Below are positions 50,101 to 62,447 of a stretch of DNA of 64,000 bases, piece by piece (the first letter of the stretch is position 1; each line of letters opens with the position of its first letter). Source of the DNA: Mobula hypostoma. Its lineage: Eukaryota. The position numbers and the translations under genes are program-made. The DNA lies in the NCBI RefSeq assembly GCF_963921235.1, contig NC_086097.1, positions 130,016,001 to 130,080,000 of the forward strand, written 5' to 3'. Under the pieces are notes generated by a model. The model did no database searches and was not told where the DNA came from. It was given only the letters and a program-made list of their open reading frames with translations.

Positions 50101-52109
50101 GTGACACAGATACAGATTGACAGGTATGACATTGACATCTCTGAGTGTGGCTGTAAGATCACAGTTGGGAGCTTAACTTCCAAGCATACACATTATATCA
50201 AAAGGATATACAAGTATGCAGAGGGGAGTGACGGCTCTGTTAGTTAAAAAAATGAAATCAAATCATTAGAAAGAGGTGACATAAGATCAGAACACGCAGA
50301 ATCCTTGTGGGTAGAGTTAAGAAACTGTAAGGACCCTAATGGAAATTATAGGCAGGCCTCCGAATAGTAGCCAGGATATGGGCTACAAATTATGACAGGA
50401 GGTAGAAAAGGCATGTAAAGGGCAATGTTGCGATAATCATGAGGAATTTCCACATGCAGGTAGATTGGGAAAATCAGATTGGTGCCTGATCCCAAGGGAG
50501 GGAATTTGTAGGATGTTTACAAGGTGCCTTTTTAGAGCAGCTTCCGATTGAGCCCACTAGAGGAATGGCAATTCTGGATTGGCTGTTATGTAATGACCCA
50601 GATTTGATAGGAGCTTAAGGTAAAGAAACCCTTGGGGAGCAGTGATCATAATATGACAGAATTTACCCTGCAATTTGAGAAGCAGAATTAAAATCATATA
50701 TATCAATATTACAGTGGAATAAAGGAAATTACAGAGGCATGACAGAGGAGCTTGACAAAGTTGATTGGAAGAGGACGTTAGAAAGAATAATGGCAGAACA
50801 GCAAAACTGACATTTCTGGGGAAAATTCACAAGGCACTGGAAAGATACATTCCAAAGATGAAGATGTTTGTTAAATGGAGGAGGTGACAACCGTGGCTGA
50901 CAAGGAAAGTCAAAGACAGCATAAAATCAGAAAAGGGCATATAATAAAGCAAAAATTAGTGTGAAGGTCGAAGATTGGGAAGCTTTTAAAAACCAACAGA
51001 AGGCAACTAAAAAGCCATAGAGAGAAAAGATGAAATATGAAGGGAAGCTAACCAATAATATGAAAGAGGATACAAAAGGTTTTTTTCTGATATATAAAGA
51101 GGAAAGGAGAGATGAGAGTGGATGTCAGACCACTGCAAAATGAAGCCGGAGAAACTGCAATGAGGGACAAAGAAATGGCGAACAAACTTGATAAGTATTC
51201 TGTGCCAGTCTTCACTGTGGAGGACACCAGCGGAATGCCAGAAATGCAAGTGTTTGGGGGTTGAAGTGAGTGTCATTACTATTACTAAGAAGAAGGTGTT
51301 TGGTAAGCTGAAAAGCCTGAAGGTATGTAGATAAGTTACCTTTACCAGATGGACTACACCCAAGAGTTTGTAAAGAGGGAGCTGAAGAAATTGTGAAGGC
51401 ATTAGTAATGATCTTTCAAGAACTGCTAGATTCTGGAATGGTTCCTGAGGAAAGGAAAATTGAAAATATGACTCCACTCTTTAAAAAGGGAGGAAGGCAG
51501 AAGAGAGAAAATTATAGGCCAGTTAGCCTGACTTCTGTGTTTGGGAAGATGTTGGAGTCCATTATTAAGGATGAAGTTTTGGGGGTACTTGGCATTACAA
51601 TGTAAAATAGGCCAAAATCAGTGTGGCTTTCTAAAGGAGAAATCTAGCCCGACAAATCTGTTAGAATTCTTTGAGGAAATAACAAACAGGATAGACAAAG
51701 GAGAGTCAGTGGATGTTGCTTACTTGGATTTTCAGAAGGCCTTTGACAAGATACCACAAAAGGTTGCTTAATAAGAGCCCGTGGTATTATAGGAAAGGTA
51801 CAAGCATGGATGGAAGATTGGCTGACTGGCAAGAGACAAAGAGTGGGAATAAAGGGAGCCTTTTCTAGTTAGCTGCTAGTGAATATTGGTGTGCTGCAGG
51901 AGTCAGTGTTGGGACTGCTTCTTTTCACATTGTATGTCAATGATTTGGGTTAAGGAATTGGTGGCTTTGATGTCAAGTTTAATGATGATACTAAGATAGG
52001 CAGAGGGGCAGGTAGTGTTGAGGAAGAAGGGCGTGGCTGCAGAAGGACTTGGACAGGTTGAGGAATGGGGAAAGAAATGGCAGATGGAATATAGTGTCAA
52101 GAAGTGTAT

Positions 52110-55100
52110 GGGCAGCGCCCGTGGCCTCTCCGGTGATGAATATCTGTTATTCAGCTGGTGGGAGTTGTGTACAGGCCACCTAACAGTAGTAGTGAGGTCG
52201 GAGATGGTATTAAACAGGAAATTAGAAATGTGTGCAATAAAGGAACAGCAGTTATAATGGGTGACTTCAATCTACATGTAGACTGGGTGAACCAAATTGG
52301 TAAAGGTGCTGAGGAAGAGGATTTCTTGGAATGTATGCGGGATGGTTTTTTGAACCAACATGTTGAGGAACCAACTAGAGAGCAGGCTATTCTGGACTGG
52401 GTTTTGAGCAATGAGGAAGGGTTAATTAGCGATCTTGTCGTGAGAGGCCCCTTGGGTAAGAGTGACCATAATATGGTGGAATTCTTCATTAATATGGAGA
52501 GTGACATAGTTAATTCAGAAACAAAGGTTCTGAACTTAAAGAGGGGTAACTTTGAAGGTATGAGACGTGAATTAGCTAAGATAGACTGGCAAATGACACT
52601 TAAAGGATTGACGATGGATATGCAATGGCAAGCATTTATAGGTTGCATGGATGAACTACAACAATTGTTCATCCCAGTTTGGCAAAAGAATAAATCAAGG
52701 AAGGTAGTGCACCCGTGGCTGACAAGAGAAATTAGGGATAGTATCAATTCCAAAGAAGTAGCATACAAATTAGCCAGAGAAAGTGGCTCACCTGAGGACT
52801 GGGAGAAATTCAGAGTTCAGCAGAGGAGGACAAAGGGCTTAATTAGGAAGGGGAAAAAAGATTATGAGAGAAAACTGGCAGAGAACATAAAAACGGACTG
52901 TAAAAGCTTTTATAGATATGTAAAAAGGAAAAGACTGGTAAAGACAAATGTAGGTCCCCTGCAGACAGAAACAGGTGAATTGATTATGGGGAGCAAGGAC
53001 ATGGCAGACCAATTGAATAATTACTTTGGTTCTGTTTTCACTAAGGAGGACATAAATAATCTTCCAGAAATAGTAAGGGACAGAGGGTCCAGTGAGATGG
53101 AGGAACTGAGTGAAATACATGTTAGTAGGGAAGTGGTGTTAGGTAAATTGAAGGGATTGAAGGCAGATAAATCCCCAGGGCCAGATGGTCTGCATCCTAG
53201 AGTGCTTAAGGAAGTAGCCCAAGAAATAGTGGATGCATTAGTGATAATTTTTTCAAAACTCGTTAGATTCTGGACTAGTTCCTGAGGATTGGAGGGTGGC
53301 TAATGTAACCCCACTTTTGAAAAAGGAGGGAGAGAGAAACCGGGGAATTATAGACTGGTTAGCCTAACGTCGGTGGTGGGGAAACTGCTGGAGTCAGTTA
53401 TCAAGGATGTGATAACAGCACATTTGGAAAGCGGTGAAATGATCGGACAAAGTCAGCATGGATTTGTGAAAGGAAAATCATGTCTGACGAATCTCATAGA
53501 ATTTTTTGAGGATGTAACTAGTAGAGTGGATAGGGGAGAACCAGTGGATGTGGTATATTTGGATTTTCAAAAGGCTTTTGACAAGGTCCCACACAGGAGA
53601 TTAGTGTGCAAACTTAAAGCACACGGCATTGGGGGTAAGGTATTGGTGTGGGTGGAGAATTGGTTAGCAGACAGGAAGCAAAGAGTGGGAATAAACGGGA
53701 CCTTTTCAGAATGGCAGGCGGTGACTAGTGGGGTACCGCAAGGCTCAGTGCTGGGACCCCAGTTGTTTACAATATATATTAATGACTTGGATGAGGGAAT
53801 TAAATGCAGCATCTCCAAGTTTGCGGATGACACGAAGCTGGGTGGCAGTGTTAGCAGTGAGGAGGATGCTAAGAGGATGCAGGGTGACTTGGATAGGTTG
53901 GGTGAGTGGGCAAACTCATGGCAGATGCAATTTAATGTGGATAAATGTGAAGTTATCCACTTTGGTGGCAAAAATAGGAAAACAGATTATTATCTGAATG
54001 GTGGCCGATTAGGAAAAGGGGAGGTGCAACGAGACCTGGGTGTCATTATACACCAGTCATTGAAAGTGGGCATGCAGGTACAGCAGGTGGTGAAAAATGC
54101 GAATGGTATGCTGGCATTTATAGCGAGAGGATTCGAGTACAGGAGCAGGGAGGTACTACTGCAGTTGTACAAGGCCTTGGTGAGACCACACCTGGAGTAT
54201 TGTGTGCAGTTTTGGTCCCCTAATCTGAGGAAAGACATCTTTGCCATAGAGGGAGTACAAAGAAGGTTCACCAGATTGATTCCTGGCATGGCAGGACTTT
54301 CATATGAAGAAAGACTGGATGAACTGGGCTTGTACTCGTTGGAATTTAGAAGATTGAGGGGGGATCTGATTGAAACGTATAAGATCCTAAAGGGATTGGA
54401 CAGGCTAGATGCAGGAAGATTGTTCCCGATGTTGGGGAAGTCCAGAACGAGGGGTCACAGTTTGAGGATAGAGGGGAAGCCTTTTAGGACCGAGATTAGG
54501 AAAAACTTCTTCACACAGAGAGTGGTGAATCTGTGGAATTCTGTGCCACAGCAAACTGTTGAGGCCAGTTCATTGGCTATGTTTAAGAGGGAGTTAGATA
54601 TGGCCCTTGTGGCTACAGGGGTCAGGGGGTATGGAGGGAAGGCTGGGGCGGGGTTCTGAGTTGGATGATCAGCCATGATCATAATAAATGGCGGTGCAGG
54701 CTCGAAGGGCTGAATGGCCTACTCCTGCACCTATTTTCTATGTTTCTATGTTTCTATCTATCAAGTAGGGAACCGTGCACAATTCTGATTTGATGGAGAC
54801 GGACATGAGAATACGGAGGAACATCTGGAAAACTTCTGAAATGTCCGCTTCGCTGCCGCTGCTGCTGTGTGGTAACCGGAATCTCCGGAGCAGAAGGCCC
54901 CGAAATCCTCAGCTTTGCTTGTTTCAGCGGCCAGGGCGAGGTCAAAGGCGCTCAGCAGAGGATGGCACTCGGGAGGCTGTATCGGAAGGGCTGGTCGGAG
55001 GCTCGAAGTTTTTGGACGGATGGACTCAGTGTCGGCTGGGGTCGGCTGCTTCCAAGGCATCGGCAAGTTGACGGTGCCTGGAGGTTTATGGCAGGGAGTT

Positions 55101-55380
55101 TCTCCCTTTTGCCACCTGCTATCGGGGACTCGGGAGTCGATCGACTCGGGGACTTTTGAGTCTTTTTTTTTACCGTGCCCATGGTTTGTTCTTCATCAAA
55201 TTATGGTATTGCTTTGCACTGCTGTAACTATATGTTATAATTATGTGGTTCTGTCAGTGTTAGTCTTTGGTTTTTCCTGTTTTCTGTGATATCACTCCAG
55301 AGAAACATTGTGTCATTTCTTAACGCATGTATGCATTTCTAAATAACAAAAACAGAGGACTGAGTGTTCTCATAATCTAA
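52110..55380 (+). mobile_element. SINE-like element (family of 13999-14657), 5'-truncated and split by a young CR1
   Basis: 52110-52150 and 54758-55380 align consecutively with about 14033-14657, including the gaggactgagtgt(t/c)ctcataatctaa end. Confidence 0.8.
52154..54757 (+). mobile_element. Young CR1 LINE, 5'-truncated, near-identical to 29159-31760 in opposite orientation
   Basis: ORFs 52158-53285 and 53373-54659 match the 1009-aa ORF2 almost residue for residue; one +1 frameshift in a T-run near 53250; (TTTCTATG)n tail. Confidence 0.97.
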
Positions 55381-56734
55381 TCATGCACTTTGGCAGAAGG
55401 AATAAAAGAGTAGATTACTTTCTAAATTCAAAAGTCCGAGGTGTAAAAGAACTTGGGAGTCCTCAAGCAGGATTCTCCAAAGTAGATAGAATATAATGTA
55501 GGGAAATGTATGGTCGTGCACTTTGGCACAAGGAATAAGGCCGTGGACTATTTTCTAAATGGGGAGAAAATTCAAAAATCAGAGGTGCAGAGGGACCAAG
55601 AGCGAGGAATGAGCTAAGGTTTGACCAATGCTGGAATGGACTTGGAGCTGATTCAAAGTGGCAGATCCAAGACAAGGTGATGCATAGTCTACAACCAGGC
55701 AGCAGAATTTAGGTCTGAGACCAAGAAACCAGAAAATGTTTGACCCATTTAAGAACCCAGCCAAATTGAAAAGGTCAGGGTGCGGAGCCTGAGGTGATCG
55801 AGGGGCCGGTGTTCAGCTCGCTGCTTGGCGAGGTTTACTCAGTTTTGCGCTGAACTGAGGCTGTGGCCTGTAACTAATGGGCTGCTGGACCAGCTGCAGT
55901 AATGACTGGCTTTGTGGCTGTGAACTCACTTTCTTGAACTTTAGTTCTGAACATTATTTGCTTTTGTTTATTGTTGGTACGAATTGTTTTTTTTCTGCAA
56001 AGTGCTTGTTTGACAGACTTTCTTCCAATGAGTTCTATTGCATTTCTTTGTTTTGTGACTGCCTGTAAAGAGAGGAATCTCAAGGGAGTAATCAATGTAC
56101 TTTGAATTTGAACTTTGAACCATGATTGAGTGCCAGGGCAGACTCGATGGGCCAAATAGCCTAATTCTGCTCCAATATTTTATGGTCTAACATAGGAATA
56201 GCTTATTGTTAAGCTATTGTGTTATTCAAGCACTGTGTTAAGGTAGGTTTCAGCCTTATGGCCAATTACATCAAAAAATAGAAAATCTTGTCCCTAATCA
56301 ACACAAAATGTAAAGTTCAAGTCTACCGTAGTATTATTTGTTTGCATATACTTGGCCCAATATCATACCACTCATGCCCATTAAGGGAAATATTTAAAAG
56401 CTCCATGGGCTATTAAAAGTAACAGATACTATTAGGCACTCCTCCAATATTTGTCCAACACAGCTGAAAATTATAGTACATAAATGAAAGAAAAAGCATG
56501 GATAATGAAATATCCTTATTTAGTTAAAAGAGGACCACCAAACAGAATGTGGATATCCACAGAATCATTATTAATCAGTTTACAGAGTAGAATATCTGGA
56601 AATTATGAATTCATTAAGAATAAGTGGAAGCTCTTGGAATAGGTATGAAAATTATAATTGGCCATTGTTAGGTAAATGATGTTTTCGAGCTCTGTGCATC
56701 TCTGATGACAATTCCTTAGAAATGGAAAACCTAC

Positions 56735-56932
56735 AAATACTTTCATGACTAGACTATGGAAATGAGCATCCACAGCTCGAAAACAAGAATTAGGTATACT
56801 GATACACAAACAATAGCTCAAGACCTCATTTCGCCTATCCTCATACAATGTGAGACAATGAATTATGTATGATTCAGCAAAGTAAAGATTACGTTGAAAT
56901 GTTTGGGTAGACTGTGACATATCTATGAATAT
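56735..56932 (-). CDS. Host-gene coding exon (198 nt, phase 0 to 0): IFIDMSQSTQTF...HFHSLVMKVF; possibly C9orf72-like longin/uDENN region
   Basis: Acceptor gtttttggccacag, donor TTT|gtaggt, 66 open codons. IIHCLTLYEDRRNEVLSYCLCISIP aligns without gaps to C9orf72 IIVSLIFDGNWNGDRSTYGLSIILP (recalled sequence, by eye). Confidence 0.6.
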
Positions 56933-57549
56933 CTGTGGCCAAAAACATCCCAGCATTCCCCCCCCCCACCACAGACAGACACACAACAGAAATTGCATGA
57001 AACTACATAATAAAAAAATCATACTTCCTAAAGGAGGAATCACCTTTTTAAGACAGAAAACTGCAGATGCTTAATCAATTAGAATTTTCTGACTAGCACA
57101 TTGAGTTTGTATTTCTGGGCAATTAAAAACAGTTATTTAATACAGGTTTAATCTGGAGGCCGTTTTCAAAAAAAAAGGTGTCAAATAACTCAAAGCTGAC
57201 TATAGAGTGTCCCACTCACCTAATACGTTCTATGGAACTAAAGGACAAACTGGAACAACATTTTTAAAGAACTTTTTTTTTATTTTAAAGAATCCATTAT
57301 ATTTCAATGGTTAAAGCCCCCAAACAGAAAAGTTTCCAATTTTTCACTGAAGCCACCTGACATTTGAAATGTTGACTTTTGCCAAATCTAATAAAAAGAC
57401 AAATTTTAGGCTGTTGCCTTAGTCATTAAACAAAAAATCTTATAATACTTGAAGCATAATCCCTTTAAGAACTGCAATAAAGTGAATCTTACACCAGGGA
57501 CCACACTTCAAAAGAACTTCATTAGTTTTAAGGCACTTTGGACCCGTTG

Positions 57550-57660
57550 ATGTTGTGGAAGGAGGTATGTAGTTAACCTGATGATGTGTAAGGAGGTATA
57601 TTGATGTGTAAGGAGGTATATTATTAACTTGACATTGTGGAAGGAGGAATGTAGTTAACT
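57550..57660. repeat. Short tandem repeats (20-bp unit tgatgtgtaaggaggtatat x2 plus diverged flanking units)
   Basis: Directly visible at 57583-57622, with tgtggaaggagg..tgtagttaac variants on either side. Confidence 0.75.
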
Positions 57661-58550
57661 TGTGCTTAAATCAATTTGATTTGACCCATCGACAGAGTAT
57701 TCAAGCACACTCACCTCCTCCGGACATGGAGGGTGAGCTAAAATGACCTTCCATACCTGAGAGTCCTCCCTGGAATGGAATGAACCACAAACAGCCACTG
57801 GAACTTTTTTTCTGTTATTTACCCTTGTGTCTTTCTTATTGCACATTTAGAGCAGTGTAAGTGCCAGGCAGGATAGTAGAATGCTCCTACTGCAGGATAT
57901 GGGAAAGCAGGGAGATATACAGTATTCCTGACAACTACACCTGCAAGAAGGGCATCCAGCTGCAGCTTCTAGCAGTCTATATTAAGGACTTGGAGCTGGA
58001 ACTAGATGAACTGTGGATCATTCGGGAGGCTGAGGCGTTGACAGGCAGGACATACAGGAAGGTAGTTACACCCAAGGTGCAGGAATCAGGTAACTGTGTG
58101 ACCATTAGGAGGAGGAAAGAGGGCAGCCAGTGCAGAGTACCCCTGTGGCCTTTCCCTTCAACACAGGTATACCACTTTGGATACTGTTGGAGCAGGGGGG
58201 AGATGACCTAGCAGAGAAAAGTCACAGCAGTCAAGTCTCTGGCACCGAAGGGAATGGGGGTAAAGGGTGGAGGAGAGGCAAGCAGTAGTGAAAGGGGGTT
58301 TGTTAGTTAGGGGAACAGAAAGGAGGTTCAGTGAACGAGAATGAGATTCCTGGATGGTTTGTTGTCCCCTGGTGCCAGGGTCAGGGACATCTCAGTTCGA
58401 GTCCACAGCATTCTTAAGTGGAAGTGGCAGCCAGAGTTTACTTTGGTATCAAAGACACGGGTAGGATGGTTGACAAGGTCCGGCAAAGTGAGTTCAGGGA
58501 GTTATGTGTGAAGTTAAAGGGCGGGACTTCCAGGGCTGCGATCTCAGGAT

Positions 58551-61500
58551 GGGTCAGGTCACAGACCTCTCAGTGCGTGAGCATCTGGGGGACAGTGACC
58601 ATCACTCCCTGGCCTTCAGCATTATCATGGAAAAGAATAGAATCAGAGAGAACAGGAAAATTTTTAATTCGGGAAGGCCAAATTATGAGGCTCTGAGGCT
58701 AGAACTTGCGGGTGTGAATTGGGATGATGTTTTTGCAGGGAAATGTACGATGGACATGTGGTCAATGTTTAGGGATCTCTTGCAGGATGTTAGGGATAAG
58801 TTTGTCCTGGTGAGGAAGATAAAGTAGAGTGAAGGGACCATGGGTGACAAGTGTGGTGGAAAATCTAGTCAGGTGGAAGAAGGCAGCATACATGAGGTTT
58901 AGGAAGCAAGGATCAGATGGATCTATTGAGGAATATAGGGTAGCAAGAAAGCAGCTTAAGAAGGGGCTGAGAAGAGCAAGAAGGGGGCATGAGAAGGCCT
59001 TGGCAAGTAGGGTAAAGGAAAACCCCAAGATATTCTTCAATTATGTGAAGAACAGAAGGATGACAGGAGTGAAGGTAGGACCAATTAGAGATAAAGGTGG
59101 GAAAATGTGCCTGGAGGCTGTGGATGTGAGCGAGGTCCTCAATGAATACTTCTCCTTGGTATTTACCAATGAGAGGGAACTTGATGACGGTGAGGACAGT
59201 ATGAGTGAAGTTGATGTCTGAAGCATGTTGATATTAAGGGAGAGGAGGTGTTGGAGTTATTAAAATACATTAGGTCGGATAAGTCCCCGGGGCCTGACAG
59301 AATATTCCCCAGGCTGCTCCACGAGGCGAGGGAAGAGATTGCTGAGCCTCTGGCTAGGATCTTTATGTCTTCGTTGTCTGCGAGAATGGTACTGGAGGAT
59401 TGGAGGCAGGCAAATGTTGTCCCCTTGTTCAAAAAAGGTAGTAGGGATAGTCCGGGTAATTATAGACCAGTGAGCCTTATGTCTGTGGTGGGAAAGCTGT
59501 TGGAAAATATTCTGAGAGATAGGATCTGTGGGCATTTAGAGAATCATGGTCTGATCAGGGATAGTCAGCATGGCTTTGTGAAGGGCAGATCGTGTCTAAC
59601 AAGCCTGATAGAGTTGTTTGAGGAGGTGACCAGGCATATAGATGAGGTAGTGCAGTGGATGTGATCTACAAACCCCATTTCCAGAAAAGTTGGGATATTT
59701 TCCAAAATGCAATAAAAACAAAAATCTGTGATATGTTAATTCACGTGAGCCTTTATTTAACTGACGAAAGTACAAAGAACAGATTTTCAATAGTTTTCCT
59801 GACCAACTTAATTGTATTTTGTAAACATACACAAATTTAGAATTTGATGGCTGCAACACACTCAACAAAAGTTGGGACAGAGTTAAAATAAGATTGAAAA
59901 GTGCACAGAATATTCAAGTAACACTGGTTTGGAAGACTCCACATTAAGCGGCTAATTAGTAGCAGGTGAGGTATCATGACTGGGTATATAAGTAGCGTCC
60001 ATCACAGGCTCAGTCTTTGCAAGCAAGGATGGGTCGTGGCTCACCCCTTTGTGCCAAAATTCGTGAGAGAATTGTTAGTCAGTTATAAAGGAACATTTCT
60101 CAACGCAAGATTGCAGAGAATTTAGGTCTTTCAACATCTACAGTACATAATATCGTGAAAATATTCAGAAAATTCAGAGACATCTCAGTGCATAAAGGCA
60201 AGGTCGGAAACCACTGTTGAATGTGCGTGATCTTCAAGCCCTCAGGCAGCACTGCCTAAGAAACTGTCATGCTACTGTGACAATTATAGCCACCTGGGCT
60301 CCGGAGTACTTCGGAAAACCATTGTCACTCAACACAGTCCGTCGCTGCATCCAGAAATGCAACTTGAAACTATATTACGCAAGGAGGAAGCCATACATCA
60401 ACTCTATGCAGAAACGCCGGCAAGTTCTTTGAGCCCGAGCTCATCTCAGATGGACCGAAGGACTGCGGAACCGTGTGCTGTGGTCAGATGAGTCCACATT
60501 TCAGCTAATTTTCGGAAAAAACGAGCGTCGAGTTCTCCATGCCAAAGATGAAAACGATCATCCAGATTGTTATCAGCGAAAGACGCAAAAGCCAGCACCT
60601 GTGATGGTATGGGGGTGCATCAGTGCCCACGGCATGGGTGAGTTGCATGTATGTGAAGGTACCATTGACTCTGAGGCGTATATTAGGATTTTAGAGAGAC
60701 ATATGTTGCCATCAAGGCTACGTCTCTTCCCGGGACGTCCATGCTTATTTCAGCAGGACAATGCCAGACCACATTCTGCACGGGCTACAACAGCGTGGCT
60801 TTGTAGACACAGAGTGCATGTGCTTGTCTGGCCTGCTGCCAGTCCAGATCTATCTCCTATTGAAAATGTATAGCGCATCATGAATAGGAGAATCAGACAA
60901 CGGAGACCACAGACTGTTGAGCAGCTGAAGTCTTACATCAAGCAAGAATGGACAAAATTTCCAATTGCAAATCTACTATAATTAGTATCCACAGTTCCAA
61001 AACGATTAAAAAGTGTTATTAAAAGGAAAGGTGATGTAACACAATGGCAAACTTGCCTCTGTCCCAACTTTTGTTGAGTTTGTTGCAGTCATCAAATTCT
61101 AAACTTGTCTGTGCTTACAAAATACAATTAAGATGGTCAGTAAAACTATTGAAAGTCTTTTCTTTGTACTTTTGTCAGTTAAATAAAGGTTCACTTGAAT
61201 TAACATACCACAGATTTTTGTTTTTATTGCATTTTGGAAAATATCCCAACTTTTCTGGAAATGGGGTTTGTATATGGATTTTAGTAAGGCATTTGACAAG
61301 ATTCCACACAGTAGGCTTATTCAGAAAGTCAGAAGGCATAGGATCCAGGGAAGTTTGGCCAAGTGGATTCAGAATTGGCTTGCCTGCAGAAGGCAGAGGG
61401 TCATGGTGGAGGGAGTACATTCGGATTGGAGGGTTGTGACTAGTGGTGTCCCACAAGGATCTGTTCTGGGACCTCTACTTTTTGTGATTTTTATTAACGA

Positions 61501-62447
61501 CCTGGATGTGGGGGTAGAAGGGTAGGTTGGCAAGTTTGCAGATGACACAAAGGTTGGTGGTGTTGTAGATAGTGTAGAGGATTGTCGAAGATTGCAGAGA
61601 GACATTTATAGGTTGCAGAGGTGGGCTGAGAAGTGGCAGATGGAGTTCAACCTGGAGAAGTGTGAGGTGGTACACTTTGGAAGGACAAACTCCAAGGCAG
61701 AGTACAAAGTAAATGGTAGGATACTTGGTAGTGTGGAGGAGCAGAGGGATCTGGGGGTACATGGCCACAGATCCCAGAAAGTTGCCTCACAGGTAGATAG
61801 GGTAGTTAAGAAAGCCTGTGGGGTGTTAGCTTTCATAAGTCAAGGGATAGAGTTTAAGAGTCATGAGATAATGATGCAGCTCTATAAAAATCTGGTTAGG
61901 CCACACCTGGAGTACTGTGTCCAGTTCTGGTCGCCTCACTATAGGAAGGATGTGGAAGCATTGGAAAGGGTACAGAGGAGATTTACCAGCTGCCTGGTTT
62001 AGAGACTATGCATTATGATCAGAGATTAAGGGAGCTAGGGCTTTACTCTCTGGAGAGAAGGAGGATGAGAGGAGACATGATAGAGGTATACAAGATATTA
62101 AGAGGAATAAATGGAGTGGACAGCCAGTGCCTCTTCCCCAGGGCACCACTGCTCAATATAAGAGGACATGGCTTTAAGGTAAGGGGTGGGAAGTTCAAGG
62201 AGGATAGTGGTGGGAAGTTCAAGGAGGATATTAGAGGAAGGTTCTTTACTCAGAGAGTGGTTGGTGTGTGGAATGCACTGCCTGAGTCAGTGGTGGAGGC
62301 AGATACACTAGTGAAATTTAAGAGACTACTAGACAGGTATATGGAGGAATTTAAGGTGGGGAGTTATTTGGGAGGCAGGGTTTGAGGGTTGGTACAACAA
62401 TGTGGCCCGAAGGGCCTGTACTATGCTGTACTATTCTATGTTCTATG
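58551..62447 (+). mobile_element. CR1 LINE ORF2, 5'-truncated, different subfamily, split by Tc1
   Basis: [47 protein letters not shown]; (TTCTATG)n tail; 24-bp in-frame duplication at about 62186-62233. Confidence 0.92.
59669..61270 (+). mobile_element. Tc1 transposon, full length, TIRs of about 210 bp, inactivated transposase
   Basis: TA TSD at 59667-68 and 61271-72; ends caaaccccatttccagaaaagttgggata and its reverse complement; WSDE, FQQDNARPH, WPAASPDLSPIENV followed by a premature stop. Confidence 0.95.

Larger units (their letters stand above)
48760..55470 (+). mobile_element. Older near-full-length CR1 LINE (decayed ORF1 + ORF2), interrupted at 52110-55380
   Basis: ORF1 remnants (ORFs 48924-49286 and 49305-49706, CCLPGAKVRDV), ORF2 remnants to AYLDFQKAFDK; ...aagtgtatg|tcatgcactttgg rejoins across the insert. 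Confidence 0.88.

Noticed and set aside
57490..57560. Possible upstream exon with gtaaga donor (FHNINGSKV-like peptide)
   Set aside because: Resembles a Deu-type SINE segment (..ccaaagtgcctta..aatgaagttcttttgaagtgtg..), and that frame hits a stop.
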